Numbered from the stretch's first letter, positions 25,265 to 34,468 are shown. The stretch is 64,000 nt of DNA from an uncultured Lentisphaerota bacterium (GCA_903896925.1 CAITZM010000190.1:14920-78919), one strand, 5' to 3'. Translations and numbers: made by a program. The notes: generated by a model from the letters alone, not told the origin.

Positions 25265-27112
25265 ATGCGGAGCAGCATGAGAATTCTTCTGATCGTAGCC
25301 ACCCACCGGTACAAATATTCGTACCCGGCCTTTCTCTCGATCACCGACTTCCCCGCCGGCATCGCCTACGTGGCCTCCGCCCTCCAGCAGGCCGGACACG
25401 AGGTCATGGGGCTCAACCCCAACAACGACAGCTCCTATCCCAGCGCCCGCGCCATGCTGGAGGACAAAATCCAGAAGGCGGTGCACGATTTCCAGCCGAC
25501 GCTGATCGCGCTCGGCGGCATCTGCATCGACTACGCCTTCTTCAAGGACGCCATCGCCCTCTGCCGGCAGTACGCGTCCGCGGTGCCCATCGTCTGCGGC
25601 GGCGGCATCATCACCAACGACGCCGCCTTTGTGTTCGAGACCTTGCACCCCGATTTTTGCATCGTCAGCGAGGGCGAGGAGGCCATGGTCCGGCTGGCGC
25701 ATGCGCTGGAAAAGGGCGGGGGCTTTGACCACATACCGAACATCGGCTATTGGCGGGGTCAGGAAGCCGTCTTCACCAAGACCGACTTCAATTACGGCGC
25801 CATCGACCAGCTCGCGTTCCCCAACTACGAGATCTTCGACATCCGCGACATGATGGACGGGTACGCCATGGCGGCGCGCAGCCTCTACCGCTATCCGCGG
25901 ACGCACCCGCGGCCCATGACGATCGTGACGGCGCGCAGCTGCCCGTTCCGCTGCACCTTCTGCGTGCACCATCGCGGCCCGCAGTACCGGGCGCGCTCGG
26001 TGGCGAACATCATGGCGGAGCTCCGGGAATCCTACGAAAAATACCGCTTCAACGTCCTGATCATCCTCGACGAGCTGTTTGCCGTGAACAAGGCCCGGAT
26101 GCAGGAGTTCTGCACCGCCCTCAGCGAGGGCCGGCGGGAGTACGGCTGGGATTTCGACTGGTCCTTCCAGACCCATGCCGTCGCCGCGCTGGACGTGCCG
26201 ACGCTGAAGATGGCCAAGGCGGCCGGCTGCTACCTCTTCGGCTACGGGGTGGAAAGCGCCAGCCCGCGGGTCCTCGCCAGCATGAACAAGCGCAGCAAGC
26301 CCGAGCAGATCGCGGCCGGGATCGCGGCCGCCGCGGAGGCGGAGGTGGGTTTCGGCGGCAACTTCATTTTCGGCGACGTGGCCGAGACGACCGACACCAT
26401 CCGGGAATCCATGGATTTCTTCTGGAAGCACTGCCGGGACATCAACCTCAACATGATCTCCATCCAGCCCTACCCCGGCAGCAAGCTGTTCGAAGACTGC
26501 CGGGAGCGGGGCATCATCGGCGACAAGCTGAAATTCTACGAGACCATCAGCGAGCACATCTGGAACATGACCACCATCCCGGACCGGCTGTGGTTCCCCT
26601 GGGTGCACATGCTGTACCTGTTCTCCAACACCGCACCCTGGCTCAAGTCCACGGACGCCGTTGAGTTCGAGGTCGAGACGGACGGTGAGCCGGATCCGGT
26701 GGCGCGGTTCTACGGCAAACGGATGTGCCGGATCAGCGCGGTGTGCCCGCATTGCGGGAAAAAATCCACCTATCGCGAACTGCTGGCCGATGCGCCGCCG
26801 GCCCCGCAGCAGGCGCAGCCCCGCCGCAACCCGCTGGCGGGCCTCAAGAGCCTGGCCGGCAGCCGCTACCAGCGCATGGTCCTCCAGGCGGCCCTCGTCA
26901 ACGCCTTCCACTATCTGCTGACGTTCCGGCATCCGCTGTTCCGTACCCTGCAGAACCTCTACGGCGAGACCAAGAGCAACCAGAATTTCACGACCGGCTG
27001 CAAACACTGTCACCGGCACATCAAGATCTACATCCCCAAGCAGGAATTCAAAGACAAGCTGGCGTTCCAGGCGAAAAAGCTGATCGCGAAAACGCTGAAC
27101 TGGGCCCGCTGA
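25265..27112 (+). CDS. B12-binding-domain radical SAM protein (class B), paralog 3, with Cys-pair C-terminal extension
   Basis: PIVCGGGIITND, CPFRCTFC (CX3CX2C), GYGVESASPRVL. The C-terminal roughly 150 aa carry CPHCGKK ... CKHCHRH. Confidence 0.85.
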   Translation: MRSSMRILLIVATHRYKYSYPAFLSITDFPAGIAYVASALQQAGHEVMGLNPNNDSSYPSARAMLEDKIQKAVHDFQPTLIALGGICIDYAFFKDAIALCRQYASAVPIVCGGGIITNDAAFVFETLHPDFCIVSEGEEAMVRLAHALEKGGGFDHIPNIGYWRGQEAVFTKTDFNYGAIDQLAFPNYEIFDIRDMMDGYAMAARSLYRYPRTHPRPMTIVTARSCPFRCTFCVHHRGPQYRARSVANIMAELRESYEKYRFNVLIILDELFAVNKARMQEFCTALSEGRREYGWDFDWSFQTHAVAALDVPTLKMAKAAGCYLFGYGVESASPRVLASMNKRSKPEQIAAGIAAAAEAEVGFGGNFIFGDVAETTDTIRESMDFFWKHCRDINLNMISIQPYPGSKLFEDCRERGIIGDKLKFYETISEHIWNMTTIPDRLWFPWVHMLYLFSNTAPWLKSTDAVEFEVETDGEPDPVARFYGKRMCRISAVCPHCGKKSTYRELLADAPPAPQQAQPRRNPLAGLKSLAGSRYQRMVLQAALVNAFHYLLTFRHPLFRTLQNLYGETKSNQNFTTGCKHCHRHIKIYIPKQEFKDKLAFQAKKLIAKTLNWAR

Positions 27113-27133
27113 GCGGCCGTCTCTCGCTGCCGG

Positions 27134-27952
27134 TCACTTCCCCGCAGCGCGCCGCTGGCGGACGGCTTCGAACAGCAACAGCGTCGTCGCGGCGGAAACG
27201 TTGAGGGAGTCGGCCTGGCCGAGCATGGGAATCTTCACCTGCAGTTCGGCGCTCTCCATCCAGCGCGCGCTCAAGCCCGCCTGCTCCTGACCGACGACGA
27301 TGGCGACGCCGCGCGTGAGGTCCACCGCGGTGTATTCGCGCTCCGCGTGCGGCGTGGCGGCGAGCGCGGCAATGTTTTTCCCGCGCAACCACGCGAGCAC
27401 GTCCGCGCTCGCGGCCTCGACCACCGGCACGCTGAAGAGCGTGCCGATGCTGGCGCGGACGACGTTCGGGTTGTGGATGTCGGTGCAGCCGTCGCAGACG
27501 ATGACGGCGTGGACGCCGGCGGCGTCGGCACTGCGCAGGATCGTGCCGAGATTGCCGGGTTTCTCGATGGCCTCGGCGACGATCAGCAGCGGATGCTCCG
27601 GCAGCTTGAGTTCGGCGAGCGTGAGGTGGCGCTGCGGCGCGATGGCGAGCAGCCCTTCGGTGCGGTCGCCGTAGGCCAGCTTGCGGAACACCGGCGCGCT
27701 GCACCCCACCTGCTCGACACCGGCGGCCGCGGCGCGCGCGAGGGTGTCGGCCTCCGCCATGCTGGTGAAAAGTTCGTTGCAGAAGAACAGCGTGTGCAGC
27801 TCCCAGCCGTTGTCGATGGCGCGCGCGACCTCGCGCCGGCCCTCGATGAGGAACAGCCCGGCCTCGTCGCGGTCGCGCCGGTCGCGCAGCCGGACGGCCT
27901 GCTTGATGCGCGGGTTCTGCAGGCTGGTGATGATCTGGATCTCGTCGCTCAT
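27134..27952 (-). CDS. TrmH/SpoU family RNA 2'-O-methyltransferase
   Basis: LLIVAEAIEKPGNLGTILRSADAAGV, VVGQEQAGLS, IPMLGQADSLNVSAA. Start at MSDEIQ. Confidence 0.85.
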   Translation of the reverse strand: MSDEIQIITSLQNPRIKQAVRLRDRRDRDEAGLFLIEGRREVARAIDNGWELHTLFFCNELFTSMAEADTLARAAAAGVEQVGCSAPVFRKLAYGDRTEGLLAIAPQRHLTLAELKLPEHPLLIVAEAIEKPGNLGTILRSADAAGVHAVIVCDGCTDIHNPNVVRASIGTLFSVPVVEAASADVLAWLRGKNIAALAATPHAEREYTAVDLTRGVAIVVGQEQAGLSARWMESAELQVKIPMLGQADSLNVSAATTLLLFEAVRQRRAAGK

Positions 27953-28072
27953 GCGGAGTTTATAGCAGAAAATCGGCGCCTCCACAAAACCGGCGACGCA
28001 GATCGGACCGATCCGACGGATCCGGCCGATCCTGCGGCGGCGTTGCCCCCTTCACCCGCCACCCGCACCGCG

Positions 28073-28909
28073 TCACTTTCCCCCGGCCGCGCAGCGCGGG
28101 GCGAGGAGTTTTTTGACCGCGGCGCTGGTGTCGCCCTTGCGATAGATCTGCTGTTCGACCCAGGCGATCGCTTTTTCGAAAGTCTCCTGCGGCGCCCACG
28201 CATGGCCTCCGTCGAAGGAATAGGAACTGAAGCGCGCGGGGCCGAGCGCCGTCTTCATGCGCGGCACCTCGGTCTTGTTGCTGTCCTTCTCGCCCATCGT
28301 CATCGCCACAAAGACGCCATGGCTGCCTTTGAGCCTGGCGACTTGATAGACGCCTTTGCCATCAAACGCGCCGCCCGCGCCCTGCAAAATCAGGCCGGCG
28401 AAACCGGACCGTGTCTGCACGAACGCGGAACTGGCGCGCGCGCCACCGGACAGGCCGGTGGCGATTTTCAACCCCTCCTGGATGCGCACGCGCTTGATCA
28501 CGTCGTCGTGCGCCGCGAGAAAGTTGCCGACGATCGGCCCCCACGGCCCGTTCTTCGACTCGACGAGCATGACGACCACGTAGCCGCTGGCCTTGAGCCA
28601 CGTGGCCATGTTGCCCATGCCCGCCTTGCCGCCGGGCGAGGCGATGAACAGGCACGGCCACGCTTTTTTCTCGTCGGCCTTGTAGCCTCCCGGCAGCCAG
28701 AGTTTGTAATGATACTCGCCCTTCGCGGCGTCGCATTCCTTGGCGGAATCGAAGACCGGCACCTCGGCGCGTTTCGGCGCCTGCGTCAACTCGCAGGCGA
28801 TAAGCGTCTCCTTCTGCTCCTCCAGCGGCTCGTTCAGCGGGGTCGTTTCCGCCTGCGCGCCCAGCCGGGCGCAGACCCCGACCAACCAGGCCCAGTAGAT
28901 TTTTTTCAT
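28073..28909 (-). CDS. secreted alpha/beta-hydrolase-fold esterase-like protein
   Basis: Signal peptide MKKIYWAWLVGVCARLGAQA and nucleophile-elbow-like GLSGGA. The family is not identified. Confidence 0.55.
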   Translation of the reverse strand: MKKIYWAWLVGVCARLGAQAETTPLNEPLEEQKETLIACELTQAPKRAEVPVFDSAKECDAAKGEYHYKLWLPGGYKADEKKAWPCLFIASPGGKAGMGNMATWLKASGYVVVMLVESKNGPWGPIVGNFLAAHDDVIKRVRIQEGLKIATGLSGGARASSAFVQTRSGFAGLILQGAGGAFDGKGVYQVARLKGSHGVFVAMTMGEKDSNKTEVPRMKTALGPARFSSYSFDGGHAWAPQETFEKAIAWVEQQIYRKGDTSAAVKKLLAPRCAAGGK

Positions 28910-29213
28910 GGCGAGGAGTTTAGCCAAAGCACCTGTGACAAGGCAATTGCGCAGTGATCGCGAAGTGCACAGGGCTGGCAATACGACGGTGAATTTATGG
29001 TTTTTATTCCCGCTTGCCTCTTCGCGGTAGTGGATAGCTGGAAGACTGTAGGGGCGCAGCTTGCTGCACCCAATATGCGTTGGTCACGCTCTGCGCACGA
29101 CGGCAGAGCGGACCGATCCGGAAAACTTGCCACCTGCAACTTGCAACCTGTTTCTCGTCGCACGCTCCGCGCTTGACGTGGCAGGGGAAATGGCCAAGGC
29201 TCGCGGCGCGGCC

Positions 29214-29744
29214 ATGAACGAATACAAGCCCATCCTCTGGAACTTGCTGCTGCGGCTGCTGCTGGCGTCGCCGTTCTTTTATGTGGGGCTGACCGGCGCG
29301 GCCTTCGTCGCGAGCCCGTTCTTCACGCTCGCCGGCGCCATCATCGTCGCCTTCCCGCTGGCGCGGCTGTGCGCCGAACCGCTCGGCAGCCTGTTCTTCC
29401 CGAACAAACACTTTGACCGGCCGCAGCCCATCTACAGCATCCCGCTCGCGCGCAAACAGGAGGGCCGCTACGAGGAGGCGCTCGCCGGCTTCCTGCAGAT
29501 CGCGCACGGCTGGCCCGGCCAGGTCCAGGCGTGGATCGAGATGGTGGATGTCGCCGTCAACTGCCTCCATGATGGCGCGCGCGCCGAGCTTATTTTCCAG
29601 CAGGGCATGGCCGCGCTGCCGGACGACGCCGCGCGCCAGCACCTCGCCGCCATGTATATGGCCCTCAAGAGCCAGCTCCCGCCCGCCCAACCGTCCGTGC
29701 GCGCGCCCTTGCCCCTGCCCACCGACCGACCGCCGCCGCCCTGA
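29214..29744 (+). CDS. hypothetical membrane protein with helical C-terminal domain
   Basis: Two hydrophobic helices (ILWNLLLRLLLASPFFYVGL, FFTLAGAIIVAFPLA), then a TPR-like helical region and a Pro-rich tail. Start uncertain (29190 or 29214). Confidence 0.45.
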   Translation: MNEYKPILWNLLLRLLLASPFFYVGLTGAAFVASPFFTLAGAIIVAFPLARLCAEPLGSLFFPNKHFDRPQPIYSIPLARKQEGRYEEALAGFLQIAHGWPGQVQAWIEMVDVAVNCLHDGARAELIFQQGMAALPDDAARQHLAAMYMALKSQLPPAQPSVRAPLPLPTDRPPPP

Positions 29745-29746
29745 GA

Positions 29747-29846
29747 AGTGGCGAGTGTCGACGGGCGAGGGAAGAAAGTCCTTGGGACGAACAGACCTGT
29801 CCGGCCCAATTCCCCCCCCCTCTACTCGCCACCCGGCCCTCGCCAC
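29747..29846. repeat. GTGGCGAG / CTCGCCAC inverted repeat pair flanking a C9 tract
   Basis: Two forward copies (GTGGCGAG, GGGCGAGG) lie at 29748-29771 and two reverse copies (CTCGCCAC) at 29825-29846. The C9 run is at 29812-29820. Confidence 0.6.
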
Positions 29847-29927
29847 CCGGCTCCTGTCCGCTGGCTTACAACGATGCGCCGGCTCCGACACGAGACCCGG
29901 AACGAGGGACGCGAGACGTATCTTGGG

Positions 29928-31871
29928 TCAGACCCGGTCGAGGCAGTCGCGCACGGCGTTGGCCAGGACCCGCATTTCGTAGGGCTTGGTCAGGCAAATG
30001 AGATCGAGCTCCTTACCCGCGCTGAGGCGGGCCACTTCCTGGCTGTAGCCGGTGGAGATGATCACTTTTAACCCGGGCTTGAGGATGCGGAGGCGTTGCG
30101 CCAGGTCCAGACCGTTGATGCCCTCGGGCATCACCATATCGGTCAGCAGCAGATCGATGTTCCCGCCGTAGTCGTTCCACTGCCGCAGGGCGGCCGCGCC
30201 GTGCGGCGCCTCCATGACATGATAGCCGAGGCGTTGCAGGGTGGTGACAGACAGCTTGCGCAGGGGTGCATCGTCTTCGACCACCAAGACGGTTTCGCGT
30301 CCGCGCGGCAATGGCGCCAGGGCCGTCACGGACTCGCCGTCCGGGGCGGCGAGCCGCGCGGGCAGGTAGACCCGGAACGTGGTGCCGACGTTCAGCGCGC
30401 TTTCCACTTCGATCCAGCCCTGGTGCTGCTTGACGATGCCATAGACGGTGGCCAGCCCCATGCCGGTGCCGCGCCCGACTTCCTTGGTGGTGAAGAAGGG
30501 TTCAAAGATGCGGGGCAGCGTCTGGGTCCCGATGCCGCAGCCGGTGTCGGTGACGGAGAGGCAGACAAAGCGGCCAGGGCGCGCCTCGGTGTTGGCCAGC
30601 ACGGTCTCGGCCTGGATGTCGAGGACGCGCGTGCCGAGGGTGAGCTGTCCGCCCTGCGGCATGGCGTCGCGCGCATTGACGCACAGGTTCATCACGACCT
30701 GCTGCATCATGCCGGCGTCGGCGTCCACCCAGAGCGGCCCGGGCTCGCCGTGGATCGTGATGTCAATGTGCTCGCCGAGCAGCCGGCGCAACATCTTCAG
30801 GAGGTCGGCCAGCACCTCGTTGAGGTCAACCGGTTTCATCTGCATGATCTGGCGCCGGCTGAAGAGCAGGAGCTGCCGCGTGAGCTCGGCGGCGCGATGG
30901 GCGCCCTTGTCCACCTCCTGAAGATCCTCCCGGACCCGCGGTGACAGGCCGGGCTCGTCCTGCAGCAGGTCCAGCTGCAGGATGATGGCGGCGAGGATGT
31001 TGTTGAAGTCGTGCGCTACGCCGCCGGCCAGCTGACCGACCGCTTCCATTTTCTGGGCCTGCAGGAGCTGGCTCTCCACCCGCTTGCGTTCCGCGACCTC
31101 CGCCTGCAGCTCCTGGGTGCGCTCGGCCACGCGCTGCTCCAGCCGGGCCTGGGCCTCGTGCAGTGCCGCATCGCGCGCCTGGATCTGGGCCAGCATCTCG
31201 TTGAAGTCGTCTATGAACTGGCCCAGTTCGTCCACGCTTTCCTTGGGCACGCGCACGGCGTAGTCCTTTTTCTGCGCCACCGCCCGCGTCGCCTGCACGA
31301 GGTGCAGGACGGGCTCCGTGATGAAGCGCTGGAACCACAGCGAGAGCAGGAAGGCCATCAGCATCGCGGCCAGCAACACGCCGATACCGATCTTCAGGTA
31401 CTGCTGCATCCGCTGGGCGAGCGCATCGAGGTTGGCCTGGATGAAAAGCGTGCCCAGCACCTCGCCGTTCTGTTCCACCGGGTGGAAGAGCAGCATCCGG
31501 TCGCGCTCGAACCGGTGGCCCGCGGGCTGGCAGGGCGGCGGCACGCTGTCCGCAGGGGACCCGCTCTGCGCATAGCGGGCGAAGACCGTGCCGTCCTTCG
31601 TGTAGATGCAGGCGGCCGTGACATCCGCGCGCGCCTTCAGCGCGGAGAGCACCTCGGTGGCCTCCTTCGGCACGTTGAAGTCCAGCGCGCCGGTGCTGTT
31701 GTTGCCGAGCACCTCCGCCAGCGTCAGCAGGTTCTGCCGCATCTCCTCCTGCGCAGTCAGCACATCGTAGAGCACAAAGCCGGTACAGGCCAGCAGCAGC
31801 GCGACGCCGCTGGTGAGCATGCTGATGAGCATCTGTTTGTTGCGGATCGACAGTTGACGGAAACGTCCCAT
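29928..31871 (-). CDS. hybrid sensor histidine kinase (CHASE8-like sensor, HAMP, HisKA, HATPase_c, REC)
   Basis: The N-terminal TM plus LAEVLGNNSTGALDFNVPKEATEVLSALKA pattern is typical of CHASE8. Also present: a HAMP-like segment, H-box VAHDFNNIL, N/G boxes, and a C-terminal receiver (VLVVEDD...LLLTDMVMP). Confidence 0.85.
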   Translation of the reverse strand: MGRFRQLSIRNKQMLISMLTSGVALLLACTGFVLYDVLTAQEEMRQNLLTLAEVLGNNSTGALDFNVPKEATEVLSALKARADVTAACIYTKDGTVFARYAQSGSPADSVPPPCQPAGHRFERDRMLLFHPVEQNGEVLGTLFIQANLDALAQRMQQYLKIGIGVLLAAMLMAFLLSLWFQRFITEPVLHLVQATRAVAQKKDYAVRVPKESVDELGQFIDDFNEMLAQIQARDAALHEAQARLEQRVAERTQELQAEVAERKRVESQLLQAQKMEAVGQLAGGVAHDFNNILAAIILQLDLLQDEPGLSPRVREDLQEVDKGAHRAAELTRQLLLFSRRQIMQMKPVDLNEVLADLLKMLRRLLGEHIDITIHGEPGPLWVDADAGMMQQVVMNLCVNARDAMPQGGQLTLGTRVLDIQAETVLANTEARPGRFVCLSVTDTGCGIGTQTLPRIFEPFFTTKEVGRGTGMGLATVYGIVKQHQGWIEVESALNVGTTFRVYLPARLAAPDGESVTALAPLPRGRETVLVVEDDAPLRKLSVTTLQRLGYHVMEAPHGAAALRQWNDYGGNIDLLLTDMVMPEGINGLDLAQRLRILKPGLKVIISTGYSQEVARLSAGKELDLICLTKPYEMRVLANAVRDCLDRV

Positions 31872-31872
31872 G

Positions 31873-32442
31873 TCATTTCCTCATCGGGTCGGCCCGGCCC
31901 TTGATGGTGCCCGCGATCGCGAGCAGCTTCGCGCTCATGACCAGCCGCGCGCGCTGGACGGCGTCGAGGCCGATCTCCAGGCGCAGCTTGTCCTCCCGCC
32001 GCACGAAATTGACCATGCCGCCGAGCGCGAGAAAATTCTCCGCGGAGCCCACGGTCAGCACGGCGGCGTTCCGCGACGGCCGCAGGAACTCTGCGATGCG
32101 CGCCTGGTCCGTCGCGCCGATGAAGAGCAGGTCGCAGGCGCCAACGTCCTGCGCGGACCGGACCGCCTGGATCACGATCGCCCGGCCCTGCACGCGCTTG
32201 TCCCGCGTGATCTCCACGAGGTCGTTCCTGACCTCCAGCGCCTCGCAGACGCCGATGACGAACGGAGCGGCGTTGCTGGCCGCGGCGGGCCATTCCACGT
32301 ATTTGGTGAAGTTGAACAGGTAGAGCGCCTTGATCTGGTGCTCCGCGAGCGCCGACAGCTCGGCGGCGGACGCGCACCCGAACAGCGCACCCGCCAGCGC
32401 GAGCGCACCACACCACCACCTTGCTTGGGAGCGGAGCCACAT
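31873..32442 (-). CDS. YfiR-like periplasmic protein (DUF4154)
   Basis: Signal peptide followed by the hallmark IKALYLFNFTKYVEWP motif. Confidence 0.8.
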   Translation of the reverse strand: MWLRSQARWWCGALALAGALFGCASAAELSALAEHQIKALYLFNFTKYVEWPAAASNAAPFVIGVCEALEVRNDLVEITRDKRVQGRAIVIQAVRSAQDVGACDLLFIGATDQARIAEFLRPSRNAAVLTVGSAENFLALGGMVNFVRREDKLRLEIGLDAVQRARLVMSAKLLAIAGTIKGRADPMRK

Positions 32443-32446
32443 GGGT

Positions 32447-34468
32447 TCAGAACCGGTAGGTCACCTTCACGCGCAGTGTCCGGCCGTCCTGGTAGATGAC
32501 GTCCTGCGTGTTGCCGGCACCGGCCGGAAACGCGTAACTCGAGTTGAGCAGATCATACAGACCGACGGACCATTCCAAGCCCGGGGTCAGCTTCTGCCCC
32601 AGCAGCGTCAGGTTCGCAATCCAGTAGGAGTCGGCGTGCGGCGTGGCGCGGTCGGGCAGCGTGTTGACCTGCCCGGTGTAGAGGATTTCCAGACCGGTGA
32701 ACACCCGCTCCGGGACCAGCGGCACCAGCAGGTGGAACTTCGCGAGCTGCTCCGGCGAATTGCTCAAGCGCTCGCCGGTGTCCGCATCCTCGGCGCGCTG
32801 CACGGCATACCCGAGGCGCGTGCGCACGCCGTTCGCGTGCCGCCACTCCGCCTCCGCCTCCACGCCCCGCGTGTTCACCCTGTTCAGGTTCTGGAACACC
32901 AGGGTGTCGGGATCGAGGGAGATGAGATCGTCGATGTGGTAGAAGTAGCCCGCGACGCTCACGCGCAGATTCTTGGTCAGGTGCTGCTCAAAGATCGCCT
33001 CGTAGGTCTGGATGCGCTCCGGTTTGAGGTCGTCATTCGGCGGATTATCGCCCAGCGGATAATACTGCTCGTAGACGTTGGGCGCGCGGAACGCCTGCCC
33101 GTAGAGCAGCTTGAGCGTGCCCTGGTCCCACGGGCCCCAGATCAAGCCGAAGCGCGGATTGACCGTGCTGCCGCAGCTTTCGTAGTAGTCGTAGCGCAAT
33201 CCCACGTTGAGCAGCAGGTTCGTCCGCAGCATGATTTCGTCCTGCGCATAGAGGCCGCCGTCATAGCTGTCGTGCACCGTCTGCGCATCCATGTGGTAGG
33301 GTTCCAGGTCGAAATTTTCCAGGTCCTGGTTCAGGTGCCGCCGCAGTTCGCCGCCGACCGTGAACGTGTGCTGGTTCCAGCGGCGGGTCACCTGCACCTC
33401 GCCGCCGACGATCCGGCCCACGCTGTCGTCGCGGTTCAAGCCCGCGACGCCGCTCTCCTCATCCACCAGCAGCGGGTAATCCGCGCCGTAGCGGATCTCG
33501 TCGTAATAGCCGCGCACCATCAGCTCGGTCTGCGCATCGAACTTGTGATCCACCTTGAGGTCCACGTAGCCATGCGAGTCCATCGTGTGATAGCGCGCGT
33601 CGTTGAACTGCGTGCCCCACGAGGCCGTGGGGATGTCCTTGTCGCGGGTGACGTAGGCCGCGGACGCGGTCAGGTCGCGGCAGCGCAGGCTGCCGAAGAG
33701 CTGGTCGGCGCGCTCGCCGTCGCGGAGCGCCGCGATGCCGTTGTTGTTTTCCGGCGTATCGAACTCGGGATAATAGAGCCGGCCCGCGCCGCGGCTGCGG
33801 TAACGCGTGCCGGAGAGCAGGGCCTCCGCGCCCGTATTCGTGCAAACGCCGCCGACGGTGACCCGGCCCTTGACCGTACCGAGGCTGCCCGCTTCCGCCG
33901 AGACCTCGACGTTTTTCACCGCCGCCGCGCGCTTGCTGATCACGTTGACCACCGCGAAGAACGCGCTGCTGCCGTAGAGCGACGAACTCGGCCCGCGCAC
34001 GATCTCCACGCGCTCGATGAGGTCCACGTCGAGGATGAACTCGCGGCCGATGTAGCCGCCCTCGAAAATGTTATCGTTGATGCGGTGCCCATCCACCATG
34101 ATCAGCACGCGCGAGTTGTAATCGGCCGGCCGGCTGAAACCGCGCACGCCGAGATAGCTGTAGCTGCGGTCGCCGGACACGTAGAGCCCGTTAACGCCCG
34201 CGAGAATATCCGCCAGCGTCCGGTAGCCGAACTGCTTGATCTCGTCGGAGGTGACGATCGTGACCGAGGCCGGCGCCTCGCTCGCCTTCTGCGTGAACCG
34301 CGACGCCGTGGACACCTGCTCGATGGGAATCTTGCCCAGATCTTCCAGCGGCAGCTGCTCGGCGAGGTTCGTCAGCGAGACGCCCGGCGCCTCCGCGCCC
34401 CACGCCGAGGCTGCACATAATCCAAGCGCGACCACCGCCGACCATACTCTGTGGCTGTTTGTCATCAT
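32447..34468 (-). CDS. TonB-dependent outer-membrane receptor
   Basis: Signal peptide, plug-domain motifs (VTIVTSDEIKQFGYRTLADIL, YVSGDRSYSYLGVRGF), beta-barrel repeats and a terminal ...VKVTYRF. Start at MMTNSH. Confidence 0.9.
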   Translation of the reverse strand: MMTNSHRVWSAVVALGLCAASAWGAEAPGVSLTNLAEQLPLEDLGKIPIEQVSTASRFTQKASEAPASVTIVTSDEIKQFGYRTLADILAGVNGLYVSGDRSYSYLGVRGFSRPADYNSRVLIMVDGHRINDNIFEGGYIGREFILDVDLIERVEIVRGPSSSLYGSSAFFAVVNVISKRAAAVKNVEVSAEAGSLGTVKGRVTVGGVCTNTGAEALLSGTRYRSRGAGRLYYPEFDTPENNNGIAALRDGERADQLFGSLRCRDLTASAAYVTRDKDIPTASWGTQFNDARYHTMDSHGYVDLKVDHKFDAQTELMVRGYYDEIRYGADYPLLVDEESGVAGLNRDDSVGRIVGGEVQVTRRWNQHTFTVGGELRRHLNQDLENFDLEPYHMDAQTVHDSYDGGLYAQDEIMLRTNLLLNVGLRYDYYESCGSTVNPRFGLIWGPWDQGTLKLLYGQAFRAPNVYEQYYPLGDNPPNDDLKPERIQTYEAIFEQHLTKNLRVSVAGYFYHIDDLISLDPDTLVFQNLNRVNTRGVEAEAEWRHANGVRTRLGYAVQRAEDADTGERLSNSPEQLAKFHLLVPLVPERVFTGLEILYTGQVNTLPDRATPHADSYWIANLTLLGQKLTPGLEWSVGLYDLLNSSYAFPAGAGNTQDVIYQDGRTLRVKVTYRF

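Noticed and set aside
29812-29820. Homopolymeric C tracts (C9 at 29812-29820 and C11 at 56987-56997) as phase-variation switches.
   Set aside because: Both lie in gaps between convergent gene ends, neither in promoters nor in coding sequence. Slipped-strand length changes would have no obvious expression consequence. They look like parts of repeat elements.
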